Shown piece by piece: positions 1-7,004 of a DNA stretch of 12,937 bases. The DNA comes from Candidatus Caldarchaeum sp. Lineage in GTDB: Archaea > Thermoproteota > Nitrososphaeria_A > Caldarchaeales > Caldarchaeaceae. A program made the translations under genes and the position numbers. The notes below the pieces were generated by a model. It saw only the letters and a list, made by a program, of their open reading frames with translations. It searched no databases and was not told the DNA's origin. Within the stretch, counting starts at the first letter, position 1. Every line of letters starts with the position of its first letter. The DNA is taken from assembly GCA_038831915.1 (NCBI GenBank), contig JAWBKB010000027.1, positions 1-12,937 of the forward strand, in the 5' to 3' direction.

Positions 1-99
1 TTCTCAGAAGAACTATGAAGAGGCTGGAGAAACGCTCAACCAAGCAGTCGAAGACATGCACAGCCGATAGGGGAACAGCCCAGGCCATAACCATTCCGA

Positions 100-115
100 G
101 AAAAGCTTAAGTTGA
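100..115 (+). promoter_or_regulatory. Putative archaeal BRE/TATA promoter of the lutC-lutB operon
   Basis: GAAAAG-CTTAAG at 100-111 is a purine-rich BRE plus TATA-like box about 26-31 nt upstream of the GTG at 137. A near-identical motif lies upstream of the tRNA at 4146-4162. Confidence 0.5.
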
Positions 116-136
116 CAGTGCCGACTGGTTGGATGG

Positions 137-703
137 GTGTGGTTTTTGGATGGCTTGTTAAATGTTTTTCGAGATCGGTTTGAATCGTTAGGAGGAGAGG
201 TTGAAATCGCTAAAGACCAGGAGGAAGCCGCTTTAACAGCCGTGCTTTTCCTTCGTCAAAAACAAGCAGGGTCGGTTTTTATCTCAGCCGTTCCAGCTGA
301 AATCGAAAGAATTCTGACAACAGAGCTACGGAAAGAAGGTCTGGTTATTTTCACCGGGCAGAATGAATTAAATCCCGTCAGTGTTTTGAAGCAGGTCGAC
401 GCAGGCATCTCTACATCGGCTGCGGCCATTGCAAACACTGGGACACTCGTGGAATACGCTTTCGACGATGTTGAAAGGCTTCTTTCCAGCCTGCCTAAAA
501 TCTACGTCAGCTTCGTAAAGAGGTCTAAGCTTTTGCGTGAAGTTCGTGAAACGGAGTCTATCCTTCGTGCGGCGATGGAGCATCCAACATCGGTGGTGAC
601 TTTCATCTCCGGGCCAAGCAGGTCAGGTGATATCGAGCAGAGGTTGATGCTTGGAATTCACGGACCTCATTCTGTTTTGGCGGTGGTTTTAACATGGATG
701 TGA
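137..703 (+). CDS. lutC: Lactate utilisation protein C (LUD domain, LutC/YkgG family)
   Basis: 188 aa with the motifs AIANTGTL, RLLSSLP and TFISGPSRSGDIEQRLMLGIHGP typical of LutC. It overlaps the start of lutB. The start could instead be the TTG at 146. Confidence 0.88.
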   Translation: MWFLDGLLNVFRDRFESLGGEVEIAKDQEEAALTAVLFLRQKQAGSVFISAVPAEIERILTTELRKEGLVIFTGQNELNPVSVLKQVDAGISTSAAAIANTGTLVEYAFDDVERLLSSLPKIYVSFVKRSKLLREVRETESILRAAMEHPTSVVTFISGPSRSGDIEQRLMLGIHGPHSVLAVVLTWM

Positions 704-2823
704 AGAAAGCCGAAGAAATAAACCGTCAGCTTTCTGAAAAAGTCGCCGCAATTCTTGCAAAAACAGATTGGCGTGCCTATTTTCGCGACGCATTGACCCG
801 AACCCTGGAAAAAAGGCGGAAAACCATTTCGGAGATGTTCACTGACTTTGATGCTTTCCGCCACGAAGTAAGGGAAATTCGTGAAAGAAGCATCGCCCAC
901 TTGGATGAACTGCTCAACCGGTTCATCGCCAATTGCGAGAAACGAGGTGTAAAAGTTCACGTCGTCAAAAACGCTGTTGAAGCATGCGCGGTAATACATC
1001 GAATAGCACTAGAAAAGAACGCGAAGCTTTTGACCAAAAGCAAGTCAATGACGACTGAGGAGATCGAGCTCAACGCCTATCTGGAACAGAGAGGTTTGCG
1101 GGTTGTCGAAACTGATTTGGGCGAGCTCATCATTCAGATGGCCGGTGAAAAACCGTTTCACCTTGTTTATCCTGCCGTGCACAAGACACGGCGAGAGGTT
1201 GCTGAAATTTTTTCGAAGGTAGCCGGCCGGCCTCTCAGCGACGACATTAATGAATTGATGTTGTTCGCTCGCGAATATCTGCGTGAAATTTTCGTATCAG
1301 CCAATGTGGCGATAACAGGTGTTAACATCGCAATCGCAGAAACTGGAACCATAGTCGTCGAGACAAACGAGGGAAACGACAGGCTTGGAAACACGCCAGC
1401 TCCCACCTACATCGCTGTCATGGGCTTAGAGAAGCTAGTCGAAACTTTGGACGATGCGTTGAAATTGATAATGGCACATCCCGTCAGCGCAACCGGCCAA
1501 ACTCTCACAACGTATGTCTCGTTCATCACTGGACGCAATCCGTTAGGGGTTTTCACGGACAGGGAGCTTCACGTCGTCGTCATCGATAACGGAAGGTCGG
1601 CGATGAGAAACGACCCTGTTTACAAAGAGGCTCTATACTGCATTCGCTGCGGCGCGTGTATGAACATCTGCCCCACATATTCAGCTGTCGGCGGCCACGT
1701 ATTCGGCTACATCTACACAGGCCCCATCGGAATAACGTGGACACATTTCGTCCATGGATTAGACAAGGCAGCTGAATTCGCACCACTTTGCATCTCATGC
1801 GGACTCTGCAAGGAAATTTGCCCTGCCATAATAGACATTCCCTTCATGATAGCTGAAACAAAACATCGCTACGTGAAAAAAGGCGGCCAGCTTCTCGTCA
1901 ACAAAGTTGTGCAAAGCTACGAATCCGCGTATCGCTTCGGCTCACGTGTGCCATGGCTTTTCAACGCTTTGATTCAATCTCGGACGATGAGAAAACTGAT
2001 GGAGAAATCGCTCGGCATTGATAGTCGAAGGACTCTTCCAAAAGTAGCTTCTAAACCTCTTGACAAATTGTTGAACCGTCGAAAAGTAGGGGCTGATGCA
2101 AAAGCCATACTTTTCGTAGACTTCTTCGCCAGATACGTGCGTCCTGACCTTGGAGTTAAAGCGGTTAGAGCGCTTGAAGAAGCAGGTATGCCTGTTCTGT
2201 TTCCTTCTCAACGTTCAAGCGGATATCCTTATCTCGCTTACGGCGATGTCGACAAAGCAAGACAGATAGCCAAATACAACGTTGAGCAGCTTGCGAAACA
2301 TTTGTCTCGGGATCGAATCGTTGTCTCGGTAGAGCCAACGGCTACCTATGCGCTGAAACATGTTTACGTCAGGTTATTGCCCGACAGCGCTGAAGCCAGA
2401 AAAATATCGGAATCAACTTATTCTTTGACTGAGGTGCTAGCTAAACTGGTTGACGACGGAAAGCTTGTAAACCGGCCGCTGGTAGATGGAAAAGCCGCCA
2501 TCCATATACCGTGTCACGAAAGAGCGCTTGACTCGTGTCAAAGTCTTCATAACCTCTTGAGCAGAGCGGGCGTCACCGCCGTTTTCGTCGAAACAGGTAC
2601 TTGCTGTGGGATGGCTGGAACATTCGGCATGAAACATGGAGTAATGGGATACGAGCTCGCCAACGCGGTAGGCGAACCTTTGTTCGACTTGGTTAAGAGG
2701 AGCGGATGCAGATATGTGGTTACAAACAGCAGCGTTTGCCGAATCCACATCGAGGAGGGAGCGCAGACACCCGTTTATCATCCGCTTGAAGTACTGGATT
2801 TCAGCGCCCCGCGTAGACGATGA
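694..2823 (+). CDS. lutB: Lactate utilisation Fe-S protein LutB (LUD domain + 2x[4Fe-4S]) fused to C-terminal cysteine-rich (CCG, LutA/GlcF-like) domains
   Basis: LutB motifs KSKSMTTEEI, ETDLGELIIQ, HLVYPAVH and NEGN; ferredoxin motifs CIRCGACMNICP and CISCGLCKEICP; C-terminal HIPCH...TCCGMAGTFG...SSVC of a CCG domain. Confidence 0.88.
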   Translation: MDVKKAEEINRQLSEKVAAILAKTDWRAYFRDALTRTLEKRRKTISEMFTDFDAFRHEVREIRERSIAHLDELLNRFIANCEKRGVKVHVVKNAVEACAVIHRIALEKNAKLLTKSKSMTTEEIELNAYLEQRGLRVVETDLGELIIQMAGEKPFHLVYPAVHKTRREVAEIFSKVAGRPLSDDINELMLFAREYLREIFVSANVAITGVNIAIAETGTIVVETNEGNDRLGNTPAPTYIAVMGLEKLVETLDDALKLIMAHPVSATGQTLTTYVSFITGRNPLGVFTDRELHVVVIDNGRSAMRNDPVYKEALYCIRCGACMNICPTYSAVGGHVFGYIYTGPIGITWTHFVHGLDKAAEFAPLCISCGLCKEICPAIIDIPFMIAETKHRYVKKGGQLLVNKVVQSYESAYRFGSRVPWLFNALIQSRTMRKLMEKSLGIDSRRTLPKVASKPLDKLLNRRKVGADAKAILFVDFFARYVRPDLGVKAVRALEEAGMPVLFPSQRSSGYPYLAYGDVDKARQIAKYNVEQLAKHLSRDRIVVSVEPTATYALKHVYVRLLPDSAEARKISESTYSLTEVLAKLVDDGKLVNRPLVDGKAAIHIPCHERALDSCQSLHNLLSRAGVTAVFVETGTCCGMAGTFGMKHGVMGYELANAVGEPLFDLVKRSGCRYVVTNSSVCRIHIEEGAQTPVYHPLEVLDFSAPRRR

Positions 2824-3187
2824 ATTCGATTTCGACAAGAATTTCTTTTAACGGGAAATGAACTGCGACAGTTGTTCTGGCAGGCGGTGAATCTGGGAAA
2901 TATTCACGGTAGACATCGTTCATCGCCGCGAAATCTTCCGGCTTCGCGAGAAAGACAGTTGCTTTCACAACATCCTTTATGGACAACCCCTGAGATTCGA
3001 TGATAGCTTTCGCGTTCTCTATCACGCGTCTCGTCTGAGCTTTAATGTCTGATTCCTCGATTTTGCCGGTCTCTGGATTAATAGCAACCATGCCTGATAG
3101 GAAGAGGTAGTCTCCAGCCCAAACGGCTTGTGAATAGGGCCCGATTGGTTTTGGTGCTTTTTCCGTGTAAATGGTTTGTCTTGGCAT
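2801..3187 (-). CDS. ridA: RidA/YjgF/UK114 family reactive intermediate (2-iminopropanoate) deaminase
   Basis: Motifs APKPIGPYSQA, LFLSG, F..MN.VY.EYF, PPART (catalytic Arg) and VEIE. The ATG at 3187 (MPRQTIYT) is preferred over 3211 because a TATAAA box overlaps 3210-3216. The 3' end overlaps the lutB 3' end by 23 nt. Confidence 0.9.
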   Translation of the reverse strand: MPRQTIYTEKAPKPIGPYSQAVWAGDYLFLSGMVAINPETGKIEESDIKAQTRRVIENAKAIIESQGLSIKDVVKATVFLAKPEDFAAMNDVYREYFPDSPPARTTVAVHFPLKEILVEIEFIVYAGR

Positions 3188-3209
3188 GGTGCGGAATGGT
3201 TCGCTGCTC

Positions 3210-3222
3210 ATTTATAGTTTGT
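3210..3222 (-). promoter_or_regulatory. Putative BRE/TATA promoter of ridA
   Basis: The minus strand reads ACAAAC-TATAAAT about 24-30 nt upstream of the ATG at 3187, consistent with a leaderless transcript. Confidence 0.5.
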
Positions 3223-3225
3223 TGT

Positions 3226-3537
3226 TCAGCCTCGCAGCCTTAGGATGTATGTTACTAATCCGACCGCGAGGCCGATGACGAATCCAAGGGCCGAATATGG
3301 GTTGGCTCCTAGCACATTTGCTAGCAAATTGATACCTTGGACGAAAGCATTTATGACTTGCTCGGGCGTGAACGGCGTAGTCATTCCAAAGAGACTCACT
3401 ATTATTGGAAGAAGAACGGCCACAAGGACGACTACAAGTAGAACTTTCCAAAATTTCAGCAATGCTACCCCCACGCCGAAACCAATAAAGAACCAGATGA
3501 TAACAAGAATGGTTGACTCGTTAATCGGTGGCTCCAT
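3226..3537 (-). CDS. Small integral membrane protein, FUN14-like
   Basis: 103 aa with about 3 hydrophobic segments. The pattern FFIGFGVGVALLKFWKVL...GFVIGLAVG resembles the FUN14 family (recognised by eye). Confidence 0.6.
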   Translation of the reverse strand: MEPPINESTILVIIWFFIGFGVGVALLKFWKVLLVVVLVAVLLPIIVSLFGMTTPFTPEQVINAFVQGINLLANVLGANPYSALGFVIGLAVGLVTYILRLRG

Positions 3538-3548
3538 GACCTAATAAC

Positions 3549-3563
3549 TAACCAAGTTGGTTA
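3549..3563. promoter_or_regulatory. Perfect 7-1-7 palindrome, candidate transcription-factor operator
   Basis: TAACCAA-G-TTGGTTA in the 69-nt divergent intergenic region, 12 nt upstream of the ATG at 3537. Confidence 0.45.
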
Positions 3564-3606
3564 TTTGCTTTATGCTTAAAGTGATCGCTTTGCATATCAC
3601 GATGGC

Positions 3607-4014
3607 ATGTCGATTGTCGACGAATGGCTTTCGCAGACCTTGAGGAAAATCAATGACGTTCTTCCGAAAAGAACTGAAAGTTTGAAGAAGCTTCTTGAAA
3701 TGGATAGGCCATATGTAGAAACCGTCGGAGGTAGAAAACATTTCTTCGACAAGAAAGAGCTGAATGATGTTTTCAGAATTCTGCCGCCCGAAACGGCTGA
3801 CCAACTGTTTTTGCCGATTGTGTTTTCCAAAAATTTGTCATTGGGCGAGCATGTTTATGTCATCAAGGCCAGGGGCCGTGAGCCTGAAGCGTTTAGGATC
3901 TTGATGAATTTGAAGGAGCTTCCGCAAGCAGACGGGCTATACTATACCTTCAAGCCTCTTGTCGCAGAATTCATCAACAGATATCCAACTCTCGCTGTCG
4001 CTGGATATATTTAG
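3607..4014 (+). CDS. DUF61 (UPF0216) family archaeal protein
   Basis: 135 aa. The pattern IN..LP....SL..LL....P.V....G..H.FDK.EL.....LP......L.LPI is characteristic of DUF61. Confidence 0.75.
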   Translation: MSIVDEWLSQTLRKINDVLPKRTESLKKLLEMDRPYVETVGGRKHFFDKKELNDVFRILPPETADQLFLPIVFSKNLSLGEHVYVIKARGREPEAFRILMNLKELPQADGLYYTFKPLVAEFINRYPTLAVAGYI

Positions 4015-4021
4015 GTTTACA

Positions 4022-4126
4022 CGGGCCCGGTGGGACTTGAACCCTATCGGCACGAGGCGTCGGCCACCGTGCTCACGACCCCCGACTTAGAAGGCCGGTG
4101 CGCTATCCATTCTGCGCCACGGGCCC
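4022..4126 (-). tRNA. tRNA-Arg(TCT): tRNA-Arg (anticodon TCT) with a 30-nt intron at position 51/52; CCA not encoded
   Basis: Reverse complement: GGGCCCG TG GCGC AGAATGGATA GCGC A CCGGC CT TCT AA GTCGG GGGTC GTG[intron]GG TTCAAGT CCCAC CGGGCCC G. All four stems pair once 4044-4073 is removed, and the Arg identity base A20 is present. Confidence 0.95.
4044..4073 (-). other. Non-canonical tRNA intron (51/52) with a relaxed bulge-helix-bulge splicing motif
   Basis: Intron AGCACGGTGGCCGACGCCTCGTGCCGATAG. Central helix GTCG/CGAT, 3-nt bulges TG^A and AG^G, intron helix GCACG/CGTGC. Confidence 0.9.
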
Positions 4127-4145
4127 AGCTCATCTTCAGCTCGGC

Positions 4146-4162
4146 TCAACTTTTAGCTTTTC
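4146..4162 (-). promoter_or_regulatory. Putative BRE/TATA promoter of tRNA-Arg(TCT)
   Basis: The minus strand reads GAAAAG-CTAAAAG-TTGA, with the TATA-like part about 24-30 nt upstream of tRNA position 1. Confidence 0.55.
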
Positions 4163-4251
4163 GCAGTTCACCTAGCTTCTGACACAGCCCGTTCTGAACA
4201 TTACGCATGTCGACGACAATAGTCACTATCGCCATGTTTTGTCGTGGGCTG

Positions 4252-5369
4252 TCAGCTTTGGTAGAGGCGTAGGTGGAGGTTTCCGACATGGACGTTTTTC
4301 AAATGTTTTTTCGCTTCTTTCAGGCAGGCTGCTACTTGAGTCCTCGGTGTGATTGGTAAGTCTTTCATCATGAAATCGGGATGAAAAACGAGCAAGCTAT
4401 ACGGGATTTCCTCGTTCAAAGACCCTATGAATTCCGCGATTTTTCCTACTTCAACCTCGTCCACGTATCCAGTAACCAAGAGGGTTGTGGCAGCGAGCAC
4501 GGGTAGATGTTTACGACGCTCCCAAAAGCCGTAATAAACATCTTGGAAATTCCTTAGGATCGCTTTGTTGTCAAGCCCGGTCAAAGCTTTGTGTATGTTT
4601 GGGTCAAATGCTTTGAGGTCGAATTTGACGTTGCCGCCGCTTTGGACAACTGCTTCCATAGCTCTTTTGACTAGGACTGGGTTGCCGTCCCCGTTCCATT
4701 CGTAGCAAATTCTCACAATTTCTCACAATTCTGTTACTGGGCTTGCATTCTTTGAATTTTGATGCGTTTACGGCGAAGGGAAGCTGAGGCTCCGGCGAAC
4801 CTCCGAACCAGTACCAACAGGAAATAGAGGAGTTAGCCATCGTCACGTCGACAAGTTCCTGAGCCGTTACCACCGGGGACTGAGAAATTATCTTATGGTT
4901 CCAGTTTTGACAGAAAAGACAGTTGAGCCCACAGCCGTAGAAGAAAAGCGCAAGATTTTGGTATCCGATTTCGGGCCCAGGCTTGCACGCGTATTTAGGA
5001 TATCCTCTTCCCGTTCCCGCGGGGCAAAAATACGCGTTGCAGCAGTTTGTAACGTGCGGGTCGAGATAATAGTATAGAAGCCCCGTCTGCGGAGATGTTT
5101 TCGTTATGAGACGGCCGCCGACGTTCATCCTCAGCCCGCAATATCCTTTCTCTCCTTCCCCCATCACGCATTCGGCTGCGCAAAGTCAGGCCACCAGCTG
5201 TCTTTGGCGGCGACGCTGGAAGACCAAACATCTGTCGCGAATATGCGTGACCATGCAGGGCATGGGGTAGAGCTTCGTCAGGCCTGTTTCTAAGACATGA
5301 GACACAGGCCTTTTGGGATGACGCGACAATTGCCTCTCTGTGGCAGACCACGCATTTCGAAGCGGTCAT
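4252..5369 (-). pseudogene. Radical SAM protein (PflA/COG1180-like, AmmeMemoRadiSam radical SAM-like) split into three frames by two frameshifts
   Basis: ORFs 4995-5369, 4604-5167 and 4252-4716 are consecutive parts of one protein: N-terminal CVVC...CVSC, then (C..)LCAAEC...GYCGLR, the radical SAM motif CGLNCLFCQNW, GGSPEP, ICYEWNG, KFDLKAF and FHPDF. The breaks are at about 5183 and at the 10-bp tandem duplication 4711-4730. Confidence 0.85.
4711..4730. repeat. Perfect 10-bp tandem duplication (TCTCACAATT x2) causing a frameshift
   Basis: Directly visible. Deleting one copy gives the in-frame sequence ...PSNRIVRICYEWNG... Confidence 0.9.
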
Positions 5370-5402
5370 CCATAGGATTATGGAGTTTGGATGTAATGAG
5401 CT

Positions 5403-6182
5403 TTATCTGTACGCCCAGCCGACCAACCTTTTCTCAAGGAGGGCGAATATAATGAAAAGGCTGATTCCAAGGAACGAAATTACAAGCAGGCCTGCGAAGA
5501 CAAGGGGGACGTCAAACCTCGAACTCGCAGCTATCATCAAGTAGCCGGTCCCTTCGTTGCTCGCGACGGATTCGGAAATTACGGCTCCGACGAAAGCGAG
5601 AGTGGAAGCGACCTTCAACGAGCCGAAGAAATACGGCATGGAGCGGGGAATTCCTATTTTCGTGAAAATCTGGCTTTTGGAAGCGCCGAGCGAACGCAAA
5701 ACATCTCTGATCTCGGGCTCGATAGTCGCTAACGCGATGGCCACGTTCACAACTATCGGGAAAAACGAAATCAGAAAAGCGGTGAGAACGGCTGGAACTT
5801 TACCGATGCCAAACCAGATTACAAGTATGGGAACTATAGCGACTTTGGGAATCGTGTTAAAAGCAACCAACAGAGGATAGACCGCTCTGTAGATTATCGC
5901 GGAATATCCGACTCCTAGGCCCAGAAGTAAGCCGAAGACGATTGATAATCCGAATCCGATTATGGTGGATTCAAGTGTTGCGTAGGAATGACGAAGAATG
6001 ATGTTTAGGTTAGCGTTCATGGTTTCGAATATGCGGGACGGAGCGGGTAGTACGAATTCTGGGATGTTTAACAGTCTTGTGAAAACTTCCCAAAACACGA
6101 AAAAGGCTACGAAGACGCCTGCCGGTAGACCGTATTCCTTTATCGAAGAAACTAACAGAATCGAGAGCGGTTGTTTCGACAT
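5403..6182 (-). CDS. ABC transporter permease, NitT/TauT (SsuC/TauC-like) family
   Basis: 259 aa, multiple TM helices, LPAPS motif, IPKVAIVP, EAA-like loop RSLGASKSQIF, and GAVISE. Confidence 0.9.
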   Translation of the reverse strand: MSKQPLSILLVSSIKEYGLPAGVFVAFFVFWEVFTRLLNIPEFVLPAPSRIFETMNANLNIILRHSYATLESTIIGFGLSIVFGLLLGLGVGYSAIIYRAVYPLLVAFNTIPKVAIVPILVIWFGIGKVPAVLTAFLISFFPIVVNVAIALATIEPEIRDVLRSLGASKSQIFTKIGIPRSMPYFFGSLKVASTLAFVGAVISESVASNEGTGYLMIAASSRFDVPLVFAGLLVISFLGISLFIIFALLEKRLVGWAYR

Positions 6183-6968
6183 CTACTTCACCTGAATCAT
6201 GTCGCGTAGGCGATGCATTTGGTCGACGAAACTCTCCTCATAGGTGATCTCTATCGTGCGCGGCCGTGGAAAATCTGAATTCATCGAGCCGATTACCGTG
6301 CCGGGCCTTTTACTCATCACGTAAATTCTATCCGATAGATACAGTGATTCTCTCAGGTCATGTGTTACCATCACTACTGTGCATCGTGTTTTCATCCATA
6401 GGTTTTGCACGACGTTCCAAAGCTCTTCGCGTGTGAACAGGTCAAGGGCTCCAAAGGGTTCGTCGAGCAACAGAATTTCCGGGTCGTGGATTAACGCTCT
6501 GCAAAGCGATACACGTTGCTGCATTCCTCCTGAGAGCTCCCATGGCTTTTTTTCCGCGAAGCCTTCGAGCCCAACAAGCCGAAGCAGAGACAAAGCTTTT
6601 TCAACGTATTCGGATTTGTTTCGTGCAAACCGTGATTTGTGAGGTTCAACCACTTCAAGCGGCAGCAATATGTTCTGCAAAACGCTCCTCCATGGAAGCA
6701 GAACGGGGTTTTGGAAAGCCATTCCAACTATAGATAACGGTTTTTCAACCTTACGGCCGTCCACGTAAACTTCGCCCTCAGTCGGAGTAATCAATCCCGA
6801 AATAAGTTTGAGAATGGTTGTTTTGCCGCATCCGCTCGGCCCTACAATCGACGTAAAGCTACCAGGTTCAACTGTGAGGTTTACGTTCCGGATAGCCTCC
6901 AAATAATTTAAGGTTCTCAGCCCTGATTTGGACTCATACCGTAAAGTGACGTTCTTCAGCTGTATCAA
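6183..6968 (-). CDS. ABC transporter ATP-binding protein, NitT/TauT (SsuB/TauB-like) family
   Basis: Walker A GPSGCGKT, FQ..LLPW, signature LSGGMQQR, Walker B LLLDEPFGALD, and VTHD; TTG start. Confidence 0.93.
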   Translation of the reverse strand: MIQLKNVTLRYESKSGLRTLNYLEAIRNVNLTVEPGSFTSIVGPSGCGKTTILKLISGLITPTEGEVYVDGRKVEKPLSIVGMAFQNPVLLPWRSVLQNILLPLEVVEPHKSRFARNKSEYVEKALSLLRLVGLEGFAEKKPWELSGGMQQRVSLCRALIHDPEILLLDEPFGALDLFTREELWNVVQNLWMKTRCTVVMVTHDLRESLYLSDRIYVMSKRPGTVIGSMNSDFPRPRTIEITYEESFVDQMHRLRDMIQVK

Positions 6969-6985
6969 TTTTCACACACATACGT

Positions 6986-6991
6986 AAAAAA
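6986..6991 (-). terminator. Possible oligo(U) terminator or attenuator between the binding-protein and ATPase genes
   Basis: T6 run on the minus strand about 14 nt after the stop codon at 7005. Confidence 0.3.
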
Positions 6992-7004
6992 GGTGTTAAA
7001 TGAT

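Noticed and set aside
1-94. Partial CDS at the left edge (e.g. + frame ending TAG at 68-70, or a minus-strand start near 88-94)
   Set aside because: Too short to choose a strand or frame, or to recognise a family.
2801-2823. 23-nt convergent overlap of the lutB and ridA 3' ends
   Set aside because: Common in compact archaeal genomes; no further signal seen.
4184-4252. Hammerhead ribozyme or SECIS/readthrough signal at the radical SAM TGA
   Set aside because: The CUGANGA and GAAA core is absent. The protein appears complete at the TGA, and readthrough would add only a short tail with no recognisable motif.
4604-5369. Programmed frameshifting or mRNA introns explaining the three radical SAM ORFs
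   Set aside because: No slippery heptamer or BHB motif at either junction. One break is an exact duplication and the other appears to have lost a conserved Cys.
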